Part shown: positions 35,923-46,860 of the stretch, in pieces
Numbering within the stretch: position 1 is the first letter of the stretch
Layout of the letters: every line of letters begins with the position of its first letter
IMG/VR virus record: IMGVR_UViG_3300037484_000374
Location: 106,952-170,951 of that record
Length of the DNA stretch: 64,000 bases
Reading direction: 5' to 3' (one strand)
Source of the DNA: a virus
Position numbers and translations under genes: made by a program
The notes under the pieces: model-generated
Seen by the model: the letters and a program-made list of their open reading frames with translations, nothing else
Database searches by the model: none
What the model was told of the DNA's origin: nothing

Positions 35923-36039
35923 TTTGAGCCACCGAAATTATTTTAAAAAACTTTGTTTTAGGTGTTGACTTATACACGCAATGCGTATATATTAAGACCA
36001 AGAGTTAAGCATAACTAACCAAAACAAAGGAGACAAACC

Positions 36040-36303
36040 ATGAGAAACTTAATCACGAGAGAAGAAGCTGTAAAAATGGTAGGCGAAGAACTGGTAAACA
36101 CCGCAGAGCAGACAAATTGTGATAACGCCTGTTTTGTTACCGATGGGACTGCATGGGCCGGGTACGACGCATACACCGCAACGGCTGATAATGACGACTA
36201 TCGGGTAACTGTTTATTATTTGCAGGATGCGGAAGAAACAAAAGATATCCCCCTTGACGATATGTCGTGGGAGATCGAAGGCTACGAGGTTGAGGAAGTT
36301 TAA
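36040..36303 (+). CDS. acidic hypothetical protein with its own promoter
   Basis: TTGACT..TATATT promoter; AGGAGA RBS. Confidence 0.7.
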   Translation: MRNLITREEAVKMVGEELVNTAEQTNCDNACFVTDGTAWAGYDAYTATADNDDYRVTVYYLQDAEETKDIPLDDMSWEIEGYEVEEV

Positions 36304-36506
36304 TGACAGGCCAAGAACTTAGAGAGGCCCGGCTTCGGCTGGGCCTCAACATGCGCCAAATGGCGGAAGCACTCGAAACACCATACCGGACATACCAGGA
36401 TTGGGAACTCGGAAACCGGCGCATTCTCGGCGTGTGCAATGTGGTTGTTTTTTTGCTGTTGAAATACAAGGGCGCAGTTAACGCATTACTGGCTCGAGAA
36501 ACTTAA
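36303..36506 (+). CDS. XRE-family HTH regulator
   Basis: LREARLRLGLNMRQMAEALETPYRTYQDWELG; TAA within ACTTAAC. Confidence 0.85.
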   Translation: MTGQELREARLRLGLNMRQMAEALETPYRTYQDWELGNRRILGVCNVVVFLLLKYKGAVNALLARET

Positions 36507-36557
36507 CCAATGATTGGCAGGCATTTTTGCCCCGCTATTTAATATTATAGGGGTATT

Positions 36558-36743
36558 ATGATTAATGTAAAAGAATATGATCAGGTTGAGATATGGGATG
36601 ATTTTGGTGGTGCGGACACGATTGCCGCATGCTACCTTGAAAACTCTTTGAACCAAGGGAAAACTGTTTCAATCCCAAGTTTGGGGATCACCATAAAAGA
36701 ACCTAGCGGAAACGCAATTACATGTAAAAACACCAGAAAATAA
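36558..36743 (+). CDS. hypothetical protein followed by a truncated attC left half
   Basis: GCCCAACCAGGCGCTGCAC at 36748. Confidence 0.5.
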   Translation: MINVKEYDQVEIWDDFGGADTIAACYLENSLNQGKTVSIPSLGITIKEPSGNAITCKNTRK

Positions 36744-37016
36744 TGCAGCCCAACCAGGCGCTGCACATTGGAGGTAAAAATATGGTTAAGATCACAGTAA
36801 AGTGCGTGGAATGGGGGTCAATATGCGAGACTGGCACCCAGCACTTTTGCCCCACTAAATAATTATTTTAGCGGTGCCAGATAAACCAACATCCAAATCA
36901 TTACTGGACATAGCAGATATTGCGTCGTGGTGGATTTGATCATACCATTTTTCACAATCTTTATGGTCTTCTTTAAGACTTGCTTTACCCTGCCTCTACT
37001 TGTTTACTTCCCTGTG

Positions 37017-37086
37017 AAAATCTTGTCATTACATCTCCTATTATATTTACTATCATTATACCACAATACTTGTTGTGTGTAAACTT
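37017..37086 (-). repeat. 70-bp exact inverted copy of 952-1021 (promoter + RBS + start codons)
   Basis: Direct comparison by eye. Confidence 0.9.
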
Positions 37087-38208
37087 ACAAGGAATATTAT
37101 TTCAGGAAAAGTATTGATATCCCTGAAAAATCATATAATAGAACTGAAAAAAAAGTGTATAGTTTTATGTTCCAATTGTCATAGAAAACTACATATTGGT
37201 TTGATTCATCTATAGAAATGTTGAAATTCCTTATTAATTTATCTTATAATTTATACTACAATGTGGTATATTTCTGCTATTTAATCATTTCATTAGATTG
37301 TTGTTAAATGGGGGTAAAATGAGGTTTCACTCTCGGTCAGAGACTAGACACAATCAAAACCAAGAACAAATGAATATCCTTGGTTTTGATTGTTGTTATT
37401 TCTTCTTCAATTCACTGTAATTATATGATACACGCTCTTTATCCTTAAACTCAACAGCGTAATCACCCTTTGTCTAACCCTTACCTACTGTAACCAATAC
37501 CCTCACCCACTAAATACTTGTCTTCTATATTCAATTCTCCTTATATTAATTGTCTCTTTACTATTTATACAGGAAATATTGTAATTTGTAAAGAATTTTA
37601 TTATTTTATTTAAAAAATACCCATTTTTATAAGTTACTAATGTTGTGATACAAAATGCCATTTACTCTCAGGGTTTCATAACATTTTTATTTCCCTTTCT
37701 CCCATGAAAAATTATTTAAAATATTTTTATCGGGTATATGGGTGTATAAAATGTGGTAATCGGGGGTAGAATTACAAAAAGTCCAGCGAGTAACGGATTA
37801 ATATTATACTAATGGAAGATTACAAAGATGCACAGGGTATGGGATACAGAGAGATGGTGGTTGAGGAAGGAATATATATACCCACCGAGATGATGGCGGG
37901 TTGATTTAAGTCCGTGGCTCGGTAAAGTATTTTCTCCATTATTTTTAATGTATTTTATATACTTTATTAAAATATTCTCTTAATTTACCCTCTCTTAACT
38001 ATATAATATCATTACCATAATAATCTGTTCAATTATACCTGAAATCATAGCAATGTAAACCCCTTCCCAGCCCATGTCTTAGAGCCTCTATTTTAATTCC
38101 ATTATTTTTTTTTCATTTTAGAAAACGTATCGTTTTCTACCACACACCCACACACACCCACACACACCCACCTCATACCCACCTCATACCCTCAGATATA
38201 TCAGATAG

Positions 38209-39121
38209 TTATCTCACACAACCGATACAAAAGATCACCCTGACTTCAACCCTATGTTTCAAAATCCCTACCCCCCCCTTGTGGATAGGGATTGTAGCTG
38301 AAAACTTCTCGCTACTATTGGCTTCTTGAAATAGCCTGTTCCTCTTAGAGAGGACATAGTTATAACGGATGTTCTTGGCGGCATTTAAGTCGATGTGATC
38401 GATATGACCGCAAGAAGAACAAATGTAGTTGCTTTTCTTACGGCTGTTCTTCTCAGTAACTCCACACACATTACACTTTTGACTCGTGTATCCGGGGTCA
38501 ACATAGACAACTTCAATACCGTTAAATTCACATTTATATTCAAGAAATGATTGAAATTGAAAATAAGACCAGTTAGAAAGCCAAGAATTTAGTTTATGAT
38601 CTTTTCTCTGGTTTCTGAGTCCTTTCAAATTTTCGAGAACATAAGTGCTAACATCGTGACTTGATAGCTGCTTTGTAACAACATGATTGAAATCTCGCAT
38701 GAACCGCATTTCTCGACCAGACAGCTTCTTTAGTTTCCGTTTCGCTGATCGAGTGCCTTTTTGCTGTAATTTCTTTCTATTATACTGGTACTTTCTTTTA
38801 ACAGCTACCGTTTTTTTAGATGATATGATTTTACCATCCGATAATGCACAGAGATTATACAAACCTCTATCAATTCCTATTATTTTCAGTTTTTACTTTT
38901 TCTTTGACTTTATAAACAAGGCATAACCAAAATTGACCGTTTTTGAATGTTAATTGCCCTGCCTGAACATCGTTTGTATTTACACTGTACTTTGTTACAA
39001 ACCATTCAGGAATATCATGGAGGGCTCGTACTCTTTTATTATTACTGCTTATAGTGGTAAGTTGCCCTCTACGGGACAGAGATAGTTTATTCAAGTGGAG
39101 TGTAACCGAGAGGGACAGCAT
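38209..39121 (-). pseudogene. tnpB: IS200/IS605-family TnpB, split and 5'-truncated
   Basis: VLENL, W.Y.Q....LEYK, V.P.YTSQ.C..CG, C..CG...D.NAAKNI; the GID motif sits at the frameshift. Confidence 0.85.
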
Positions 39122-40676
39122 AAAATTGTATAAAATTGTATAAAATTGTATAAAGATTAATTATATTACACATTGACACTCCCCTTATATCTTGGTATAA
39201 TATAATAATAGTTTAATATAAGGAGAATTGTATGAACACATTAGAAAGTTTATTGAGAATGACTGTGAAGGGGGAAAACGGGGTGCTTAAAGAGCAAGGC
39301 TTGTCTTGTGAAGTTGATGTGACCCCAGAATTTAGAGTGGCAGTACAAAGCATTACCGAGGATGGGGTGCATATTATAATCCATGCCAATGGCCATAATA
39401 GCGACACATTAGACTTTATTGTAAGTGGAGATGAATTACAGCTCTTGAACACTTAAAGATTAGAGGAGATTATGGATGACAATACTTATATGTGAGAATG
39501 GAAGACCGGGATGTGAGGGATGTGAGCATTGTGAACCACACACTAAAGAAGATTTACTGTGCTGTGATGATTGCAGGTTGGATGGTGAGTGTGTTTTTTG
39601 GGGTATACAAGTTAGGTGCATAGAGGTTGAAGAATGAGTGTTATATAATACTTGACATCCTATCTCAGTGTGGTATAATGGAGTATAAGACAAAGAAAAA
39701 ATATGGGGGCAAGAAATGAATGCAATCGAAGAGTTCTATGTAAAAAAAGCAAAAATGACAGAAGAAGAAATACAGAAAATGTATGACGATCTTGGAGATG
39801 ACGACAGCATCATGGTTGTGGTGCCGAACGGTGAAGAAGATGATTAAACAGCAAGAGACTTCATTGTTTGATTATATCGATGTCACCCCCATCAGAGACA
39901 GTAGCCACCTTTCCAGTAATAACTTGGAGTTCTCGTGATTATATTGAGAGTGTACTGAACATTGACAAGGAGTAATTGATTATGATATTCTATGGGTACA
40001 ATTATATGAAGAGTGAATGGATCAAGATAACTTTCTTTCATATGTTATGGTTGATGTTTATTGGTTGAACTCTTGTAAGGATTGAGGTAGAGCGATGATG
40101 GTAATAGAATTTATGGATGGTCATATTCATATTGATCTCAAAGACTTTCCAAAAGTTATAGAGAGATGTCTTTCATGTATCTTATCATGGGTCATCTATA
40201 TATGAAACATGTCCAACCTGTAAAGGTGATAAGGAAAAGGTATTCTAGCGGTCAATGAATAGTGAAGAAAGGTTCAGATATTTATTAACATTAATATCAA
40301 ATGAGGATGGAGATTGAAATGGTAATATATTGTGCAGGGTGCCGTATTAAGGTGGCCGTGATGGTGAAGGGTAGTTCAATCAAGACCGGTGCTGTTATGT
40401 TATGTGCCGCATGTGAGACAAAAAGAATGGCGGGGGATATGGCTAAGAAGATGTTTGAGAAAGCACCCATGTATGATGATAATTGGTTTAGTGATATATT
40501 CAAAGGAAATAAGATAAAGAAAAGGGGAGCAAAATGAAAACAATCAAAACATATTTTAAAAAGATGGTGGATGATCCAAGTGAGTTTCAGGCATGGGTTA
40601 TATTGTTATTCTTAATTAGTTGTTGGATGACAACAGCTATCTGTATAATTGGATGGTTCGCAAATAGGTAAGGAAA

Positions 40677-40940
40677 ATGAAATACAAGAAGTTGGTAAGA
40701 CAGGCAAGTGAAGTTCAGAAAGATGATGGTATTCAGGCATATATTTGTTATAGTGGTGCTGTACAGGAAAAACTACGCAATAAGCTAGGATTATCACAAG
40801 AGGATTTTGCTCAAAAATCTGGTGTGAAATATACAACGCTGACAAAAATTGAAAGCAGTGTAATAAAAAAACCGTCTGTTATGGTTATGGATCAAATTGC
40901 CAAAGCTCTTGGTGTTTCCATTGAGGATTTAATAAAATAG
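40677..40940 (+). CDS. XRE HTH controller (C) protein of an RM system, probably with a chimeric N-terminus
   Basis: KLRNKLGLSQEDFA...YTTLTKIES...IAKALGVSIEDL; directly upstream of the MTase. Confidence 0.75.
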   Translation: MKYKKLVRQASEVQKDDGIQAYICYSGAVQEKLRNKLGLSQEDFAQKSGVKYTTLTKIESSVIKKPSVMVMDQIAKALGVSIEDLIK

Positions 40941-40944
40941 TATT

Positions 40945-41988
40945 ATGGCAAAAACTAAAAACGACAATTTAAAGTTTATTGATTTATTTGCTGGAATTGG
41001 TGGCTTCCATTTAGCTTTGCATGATTTAGGTGCTAAATGTGTTTTTGCTTCAGAGTGGGATGACTTAGCCAGACAAACATACGAAAAAAATTTTCAAAAA
41101 ATTCAACCCTCTCTTTTTGAAAAGGGATTATTTGCAAAAGAAGGACAAGAATTATTTGCAGGTGATATTACAAAGGTTAATCCTAAAAAGATTCCAGATT
41201 TTGATATTTTATGTGGAGGGTTTCCTTGCCAGCCATTTAGTATATCGGGAAAACAGAAAGGTTTTCAGGATACACGAGGAACATTATTTTTTAATGTTTT
41301 AGAAATTATAAAAGCAAAAAAACCAAAAGTTGTTTTTTTGGAAAATGTTAAGAATTTGAAATATCACGATAATAAAAAGACTTTATCTGTCATAATAGAG
41401 AATTTGGAAAATATAGGATATAAAACAGAGTGGAAAATCTTGAATGCTAAAGACTTTGGGCTAGCTCAAAACAGAGAAAGAATAATCATCATCGGACACA
41501 AAGATAAAAGGTTTGATTTTGGCAAAATCAAAAAAGATAATTCAAAAACAATTAAAGATATCATGGAGAAAGATGTTGAGTTTGAATATTTAAAAAAAGA
41601 AGAATACACAATTTTGCCAAAAGATAAATGGAAAAAACAAGATTCAGGTTTAATTTTTTGTGGATACAGAAATAAGTCAATTAGAACAAACGGCACAAGA
41701 CCAAATACCGAACACCTTTCGCGTGTTCACAAGCAGCCAAATAGGATATATTTTATTGGGGGTACTCATCCTACGATACCATCACAAGAATCATCTGGAC
41801 GATTTTGGATATATGACGGGAAAAAAGTCCGAAAATTAACCATTAATGAATGTTTTCGATTACAAGGGTTTCCTGATAACTTTAAAAAAATCAGTACGAA
41901 TGGAGCTTTGTATAATCAAATTGGCAATGCAGTTGCTGTACCAATGATAAAAGAAGTAACTAAGGAAATAATAAATCAATTACTATGA
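40945..41988 (+). CDS. C5-cytosine DNA methyltransferase
   Basis: FAGIGG, GFPCQPFS, ENV, QNRER, RLQGFP and QIGNAV motifs. Confidence 0.95.
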   Translation: MAKTKNDNLKFIDLFAGIGGFHLALHDLGAKCVFASEWDDLARQTYEKNFQKIQPSLFEKGLFAKEGQELFAGDITKVNPKKIPDFDILCGGFPCQPFSISGKQKGFQDTRGTLFFNVLEIIKAKKPKVVFLENVKNLKYHDNKKTLSVIIENLENIGYKTEWKILNAKDFGLAQNRERIIIIGHKDKRFDFGKIKKDNSKTIKDIMEKDVEFEYLKKEEYTILPKDKWKKQDSGLIFCGYRNKSIRTNGTRPNTEHLSRVHKQPNRIYFIGGTHPTIPSQESSGRFWIYDGKKVRKLTINECFRLQGFPDNFKKISTNGALYNQIGNAVAVPMIKEVTKEIINQLL

Positions 41989-42910
41989 CAAACATAAATC
42001 ATAAAGAAAAATTATTGGAAATATACAAAAAATCATTTGATATATCAGATATCGAAAATATTTCCAAAGAAGATAAACAATATTTAGAAAACATAATTTT
42101 AAATATTGATAAAAATAAAGGAGTATACACAGTACTGATTACTTTGTTAGTACATAAGTTGGTAGATTCAAAACAAGATATAAGATTTTTTCAAAATAAA
42201 ATGAAAAAAGGATTTTCAGCAAGAACTATTGATACAAAATATATCACTCCGACATTAAAAGAGTTAGGTCTTCCGTCAATGGCAGAAAGTGGCTGGCTAA
42301 CGAGAAGTCTTGATCAACCATATCCCTACACACTAAAATACGAGGGTGAAATATCTGGGAAAGATATGAAAAAATCGTTTTTGAAAATTGTTGACTCATT
42401 TCAAAATAAATCTTCATTAACTGAAAATTTTCTTAGGTTTATTCTTAATGGGGCAATTTCATTTAAGGATAAAAATCATATCGCAATAAAAAAGATTTCA
42501 AATGGCGATGAATTATCAATTTCTACTATTGTTTCGTTATTAGAGGAGCATTTTACCGAAAATTACAAAACACACGGCGGATCAAAACTTCACGTTTTGG
42601 CATTTTATGCGATGTATAAAATTTTGATTACTGAATTAGGAAGATACAAAGGTTGCGAATTACTACCACTAGGCAGTCATACCGCCTCTGATAGAACCTC
42701 AAAAGCTCTGGCGATATTGAAATTGTAAAAAACGGCAAAATTTTTGAATCTGTAGAAGTAAAACTAGATAAACGAGTAGATATAACTATGGCAAGAATAG
42801 CGTATGAAAAAATTGCAAGATTTAATCCAATACGATATTACATCTTGTCATATATTGGAATATCAAAAGATGACGAGAAAAAACATATAAAATATAAGGA
42901 AAAATATTAA
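41985..42910 (+). pseudogene. type II restriction endonuclease, frameshifted near 42705 and truncated
   Basis: Coupled to the MTase by ATGA; the PD-(D/E)XK-like GDIE...ESVEVK lies in the shifted frame. Confidence 0.7.
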
Positions 42911-44683
42911 TGTTATGAACATAAGTCAAAATGTTGTAACACAGAAAATACACACTGACATGGTAGGCAAAATACATGTCCATCTTGTCAATGTCGATGG
43001 GAAAATCGCTCAAAAGACCGTAAAAGTTTTAAGCAAGTATGGGCTTCAACGCTTTGCTGATATTGGGATTGATGTTTCATGTTTCCCATATATTGTTGAG
43101 TTTGACAACTACTCAGAGTATTATAGTGTGTCGTTCAATAATGGTAGAGGTTGTGACTTCACAGTGAATAGAATTCTCTATGATAAGGGTGAAAAAGAAC
43201 CCTATGGTGACCAAGGTGTAACAATTGAAGAGGTATAATATATGAGAAGAACGTGGTCTTAGAAAGTACCAACTAAAACAGGTAATTATTGGTTCTATGG
43301 TGACCCTTATATGGGTCAAATGGAGCAGGTTTATTTCGATGATCCACCACCTATAAAACCAAAAATGTATTACGTTAAGATATTTGATATATCTAACGGT
43401 ATTATGGCGGTAACAGAGGGTCAGCATATTCCTCTTAGAAAGTTTAATAAAAAGAACCACATAGATGGATATGTTGGATATTGGATAGAAGAAAACCCGG
43501 TAATACCACCTGATGATGATCAAAACCTGTTTGGGGAAGACGATGGGTGATATCAAAGTAAAAGCAGAAGTATTAAAAGTTGTTAGAACCAACATGGATA
43601 AGCCAAAATCTGTTGTATTTAAAATTATAAAGGCTCATCTTCCAGCCGAACCCATGGAAAGAATAGCCAAGGCTTTGAAGGAGCTATTGGGTAGATATAA
43701 ATAATTATAACAAAACTCTTGATATCTCCCTTGGATGTGGTACAATACATTATAAGATAAAAATATATAAGGAGAGCAAAATGAAAGGAACATTTAAGTT
43801 GGAAACTAAAATTAGTGAAGGATCGGCATTTGAAGATGATCCACGGGGTGAGTTGGTTCGTATGTTGAAAGAGGTCGTGGAAAAGGTTGAAAGTGGTCGT
43901 GATTTCGGTATCATTCATGATATCAACGGAAACATATCTGGTACATTTGAAGATTTTGACGAGTGAGTTACAAATATAAAATCACAGAAAGAAATTACCC
44001 ATACAAAATGCCGGTGTGTGTATGTTCTAAATCTATTTTGATACCAACTATCGATAACCCCCACCCATTCCTTGATTATAGGTGTTTAATTATAACACCA
44101 AGACATTGTCATGATGCCTACCAAGACCGTATAGGTATCATGACGTTATACGATATATGGTTTACGTAGTTGATATCATCCCACCTGTTGGACATCAGGA
44201 GCAGGGTTTCTACCTCGATGACGGTACGTTCCCTAGTAGAGAGGAAGCAAGAACTCTTGCTCTTTTAACCGGTAAGTGTAAATCTCCTGATCATCAGACA
44301 GAATTATTTAGCGAGGATTTATGGTAATGACCAAGAATACACCTCATTATATTGACAATGATCTTTTTATAAAGCAATGTCAGAATGGAAAAATCGTTAT
44401 GATAAGGCGTTTATGTTGAATATCCTTTTAATGCTCTCGATGTATTCTTTGATCTTGACTTTCACAGTTAAATCCATAATATCGCTCTTAACATTAGCCC
44501 AAATATGCCAACCTGTTAAAGCATCTATAGCATGTATCTGGGCTGTCAATATATGAAGTGTATTGTTGTCAATATTTAAGTATTCTTTTAATCTCATATT
44601 ATTTCCTCTATTATTATTTATATAAATAATCCTAAATACCCACACTTAAAGACGGTCTTTATACCACTCCATGTATATCCATG

Positions 44684-45331
44684 TCACCTATCGGTCTGAT
44701 TTTTGGTTTTAAAGACATTTAATTTCAGTGACGATTTTCTGGTGCTCTTAACCTCTTGTATCGGAAGAAACCCGTAAGTGAGAGATTTACAATATTCCTT
44801 GAAGTTCCTCGGCACATAGTGTCCGTTCTCGCTTCTCTGTTCTTTCGATTGCACGTCATCGTATGAGATAACAACAAACTTGACATTCCTATGGAACACC
44901 CATTTCAGGAAATTCTCGTACAGTTCGTCTTCAATGATATGAAAAAGAAAATCATATGCGATAATCATATCAACGTCACGATTCATTGTTGTTTTTATTA
45001 ATTCAGATGGTGATATATTAAGGATTTCTTTGTCAGGGTATTCCTTGGTAATCTTATCATATATTGATTTTGCTGGTTCGATGCCGGTATATTTCACTGT
45101 GTTGTTTTTCAGTTCAGGAATTTCCATCATGAACTTCATGTCACCACAGCAGATATCCAGAACAGTTTTCACGTCTGGATTCTCTCTTATAACTTTTTGA
45201 ACGGCCTCTTTCTTGGCTCGATACCACTGATCCTTTGGATGCGATCCCCAACCAACACAATCATCTTTCTTAAACCGTTTATTCCAATACTCGATGGCCT
45301 CTTTCTCGTTTTTTAAATTCTCATCAGCCAC
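44684..45331 (-). CDS. class I SAM-dependent methyltransferase
   Basis: VLDICCG, YTGIE and DFLFHI motifs. Confidence 0.8.
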   Translation of the reverse strand: MADENLKNEKEAIEYWNKRFKKDDCVGWGSHPKDQWYRAKKEAVQKVIRENPDVKTVLDICCGDMKFMMEIPELKNNTVKYTGIEPAKSIYDKITKEYPDKEILNISPSELIKTTMNRDVDMIIAYDFLFHIIEDELYENFLKWVFHRNVKFVVISYDDVQSKEQRSENGHYVPRNFKEYCKSLTYGFLPIQEVKSTRKSSLKLNVFKTKNQTDR

Positions 45332-45645
45332 TATTTTATTGCCTTTCTGATACCATCCTCATCCACTTTTGTATGGTCACCAATATTCATTTTAATGTAA
45401 TTCTGGATTTTGCTTGTGGTGACACTATATTTATCAGTGTTGAAAAGAATCTTTCCACTGTCACTTCTGAATACAATAGGTGTTGTGTAATTCATAAGAC
45501 TCCAACCATTTTTTTCTTTTGATATTTTAAGATTTGGTGTTCCCCAAGTAGGTTTTTTATCTTTAGGAAATGTATCACCTATAAACATATCAATTACCTC
45601 GGTGTTAGTTGCTTCTGTCAGTAAATACTTGTCTTCTACATTCAT
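45331..45645 (-). CDS. hypothetical protein with CTS-like N-terminus
   Basis: MNVEDKYLLTE; YSVTTSKIQ. Confidence 0.7.
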   Translation of the reverse strand: MNVEDKYLLTEATNTEVIDMFIGDTFPKDKKPTWGTPNLKISKEKNGWSLMNYTTPIVFRSDSGKILFNTDKYSVTTSKIQNYIKMNIGDHTKVDEDGIRKAIK

Positions 45646-46092
45646 TTCAATTCTCCTTTATCCTATTATGGTATAGGTTAAACCATCTTTTATACTAAAT
45701 GTTATACCCTTTTTGTTGTTTGATGTGACATTCCCTATATTTATAGGTTCAGCATATGGCATACTGATGAACCCGTTATTATTCTTGACAATAAAATCGG
45801 ACATAACACCCTTATGGATGGGTTTGCCTGTGATCTCGGCAACAATAAGTTGATTAATGGATACTGTAACAGTAACCTTACCCCCCCCCTCATCTCATTT
45901 AAAAAATCTGTTATTTTTCCCATTATATTATCCTCTTTAGCCCATTTTATATAAGTATTTATATTATTTTTATAAATTCTTTTACTTTTTATGTTCTTAT
46001 AATCAACAAGTTTGTAGTTATATCTATCACCATGAACACAATATGCTCTTTTTATAAAATCCTCTGTTGATAATATCATTATATGTTCTATG

Positions 46093-46824
46093 TTAATAAT
46101 TATCGTTGATCCAATTATTTAACCATACAAACAATGAACCCTGTAACTCTGGTTTATCAAGCCATGTATGATCACAACCCTCGATTGACACTTTATTAGA
46201 CCAGTAATGGTAGGAGTGTATAATAGTATTTTTAAAAAACTTCTCTTTTATTTCATTATAATTATCAAATAGTTTTCCACGACACCCCATAACCTTAGAT
46301 GAGTTGTTACCACAGTGAACAGGGTAAAACGCTTCGATGGGTACATTATAATCTAGCCCGTGATCTCTAACGCATTTGGTGAATAACCACACATTACCCC
46401 ATGATTTCTTGTGTGTTTTGATGCAACAGTCCAGAACAGGATGATTTTTAGGTAATCGCATCACCCCGACATTTATAACTTGTGGGTCATATGTTGCTAA
46501 GAGGATTTCTTGATCTGGCCACGGTAGGAGAGCAAAAGCATCGGTGTCGCTATAGTATTCACCTGTCTGCTTCATCATGTGGTATGACCATAGATCAGAT
46601 GTTGTGCGAACGTCAACACCCTCTTTAAGATACCCCACACTCTCCCATATATCATCAGCATTACGGATTTCAACCTCTGGAAGACCACCGATCCAATATG
46701 GTGATTCAGGAGTATTCCCCTGTAACCAGATAACTGGTTTATGACCGACTATGATATGGGATTTTATTACGAGATTATTAAGAAATTGGAAATCGTTCCC
46801 AGACCAGTAAAAATTTATGTTCAT
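46093..46824 (-). CDS. DxD glycosyltransferase (GT32-like)
   Basis: FYW.G...SH...G...SDLW...GEYYSDTD. Confidence 0.7.
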   Translation of the reverse strand: MNINFYWSGNDFQFLNNLVIKSHIIVGHKPVIWLQGNTPESPYWIGGLPEVEIRNADDIWESVGYLKEGVDVRTTSDLWSYHMMKQTGEYYSDTDAFALLPWPDQEILLATYDPQVINVGVMRLPKNHPVLDCCIKTHKKSWGNVWLFTKCVRDHGLDYNVPIEAFYPVHCGNNSSKVMGCRGKLFDNYNEIKEKFFKNTIIHSYHYWSNKVSIEGCDHTWLDKPELQGSLFVWLNNWINDNY

Positions 46825-46860
46825 GTTTACTCAATACCCTCATTTGATATCTTTTCCCTA

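Larger units (their letters stand above)
32343..36766 (+). mobile_element. array of attC-like-delimited gene cassettes with no integrase in the window (CALIN-like)
   Basis: Five complete ..AAC...GTT.. (R''/R'-like) sites plus partial ones; genes stop inside R'' boxes; cassette ends are self-complementary. Confidence 0.75.

Noticed and set aside
39982-40096. Second in-frame TGA (…LMFIG*TLVRIEVER) as another selenoprotein
   Set aside because: Very short tail, no Cys or redox context, and no convincing downstream hairpin
45741-46079. 112-aa ORF as a single gene
   Set aside because: It fuses a homing-endonuclease repeat fragment with a separate late-promoter gene starting at 45923
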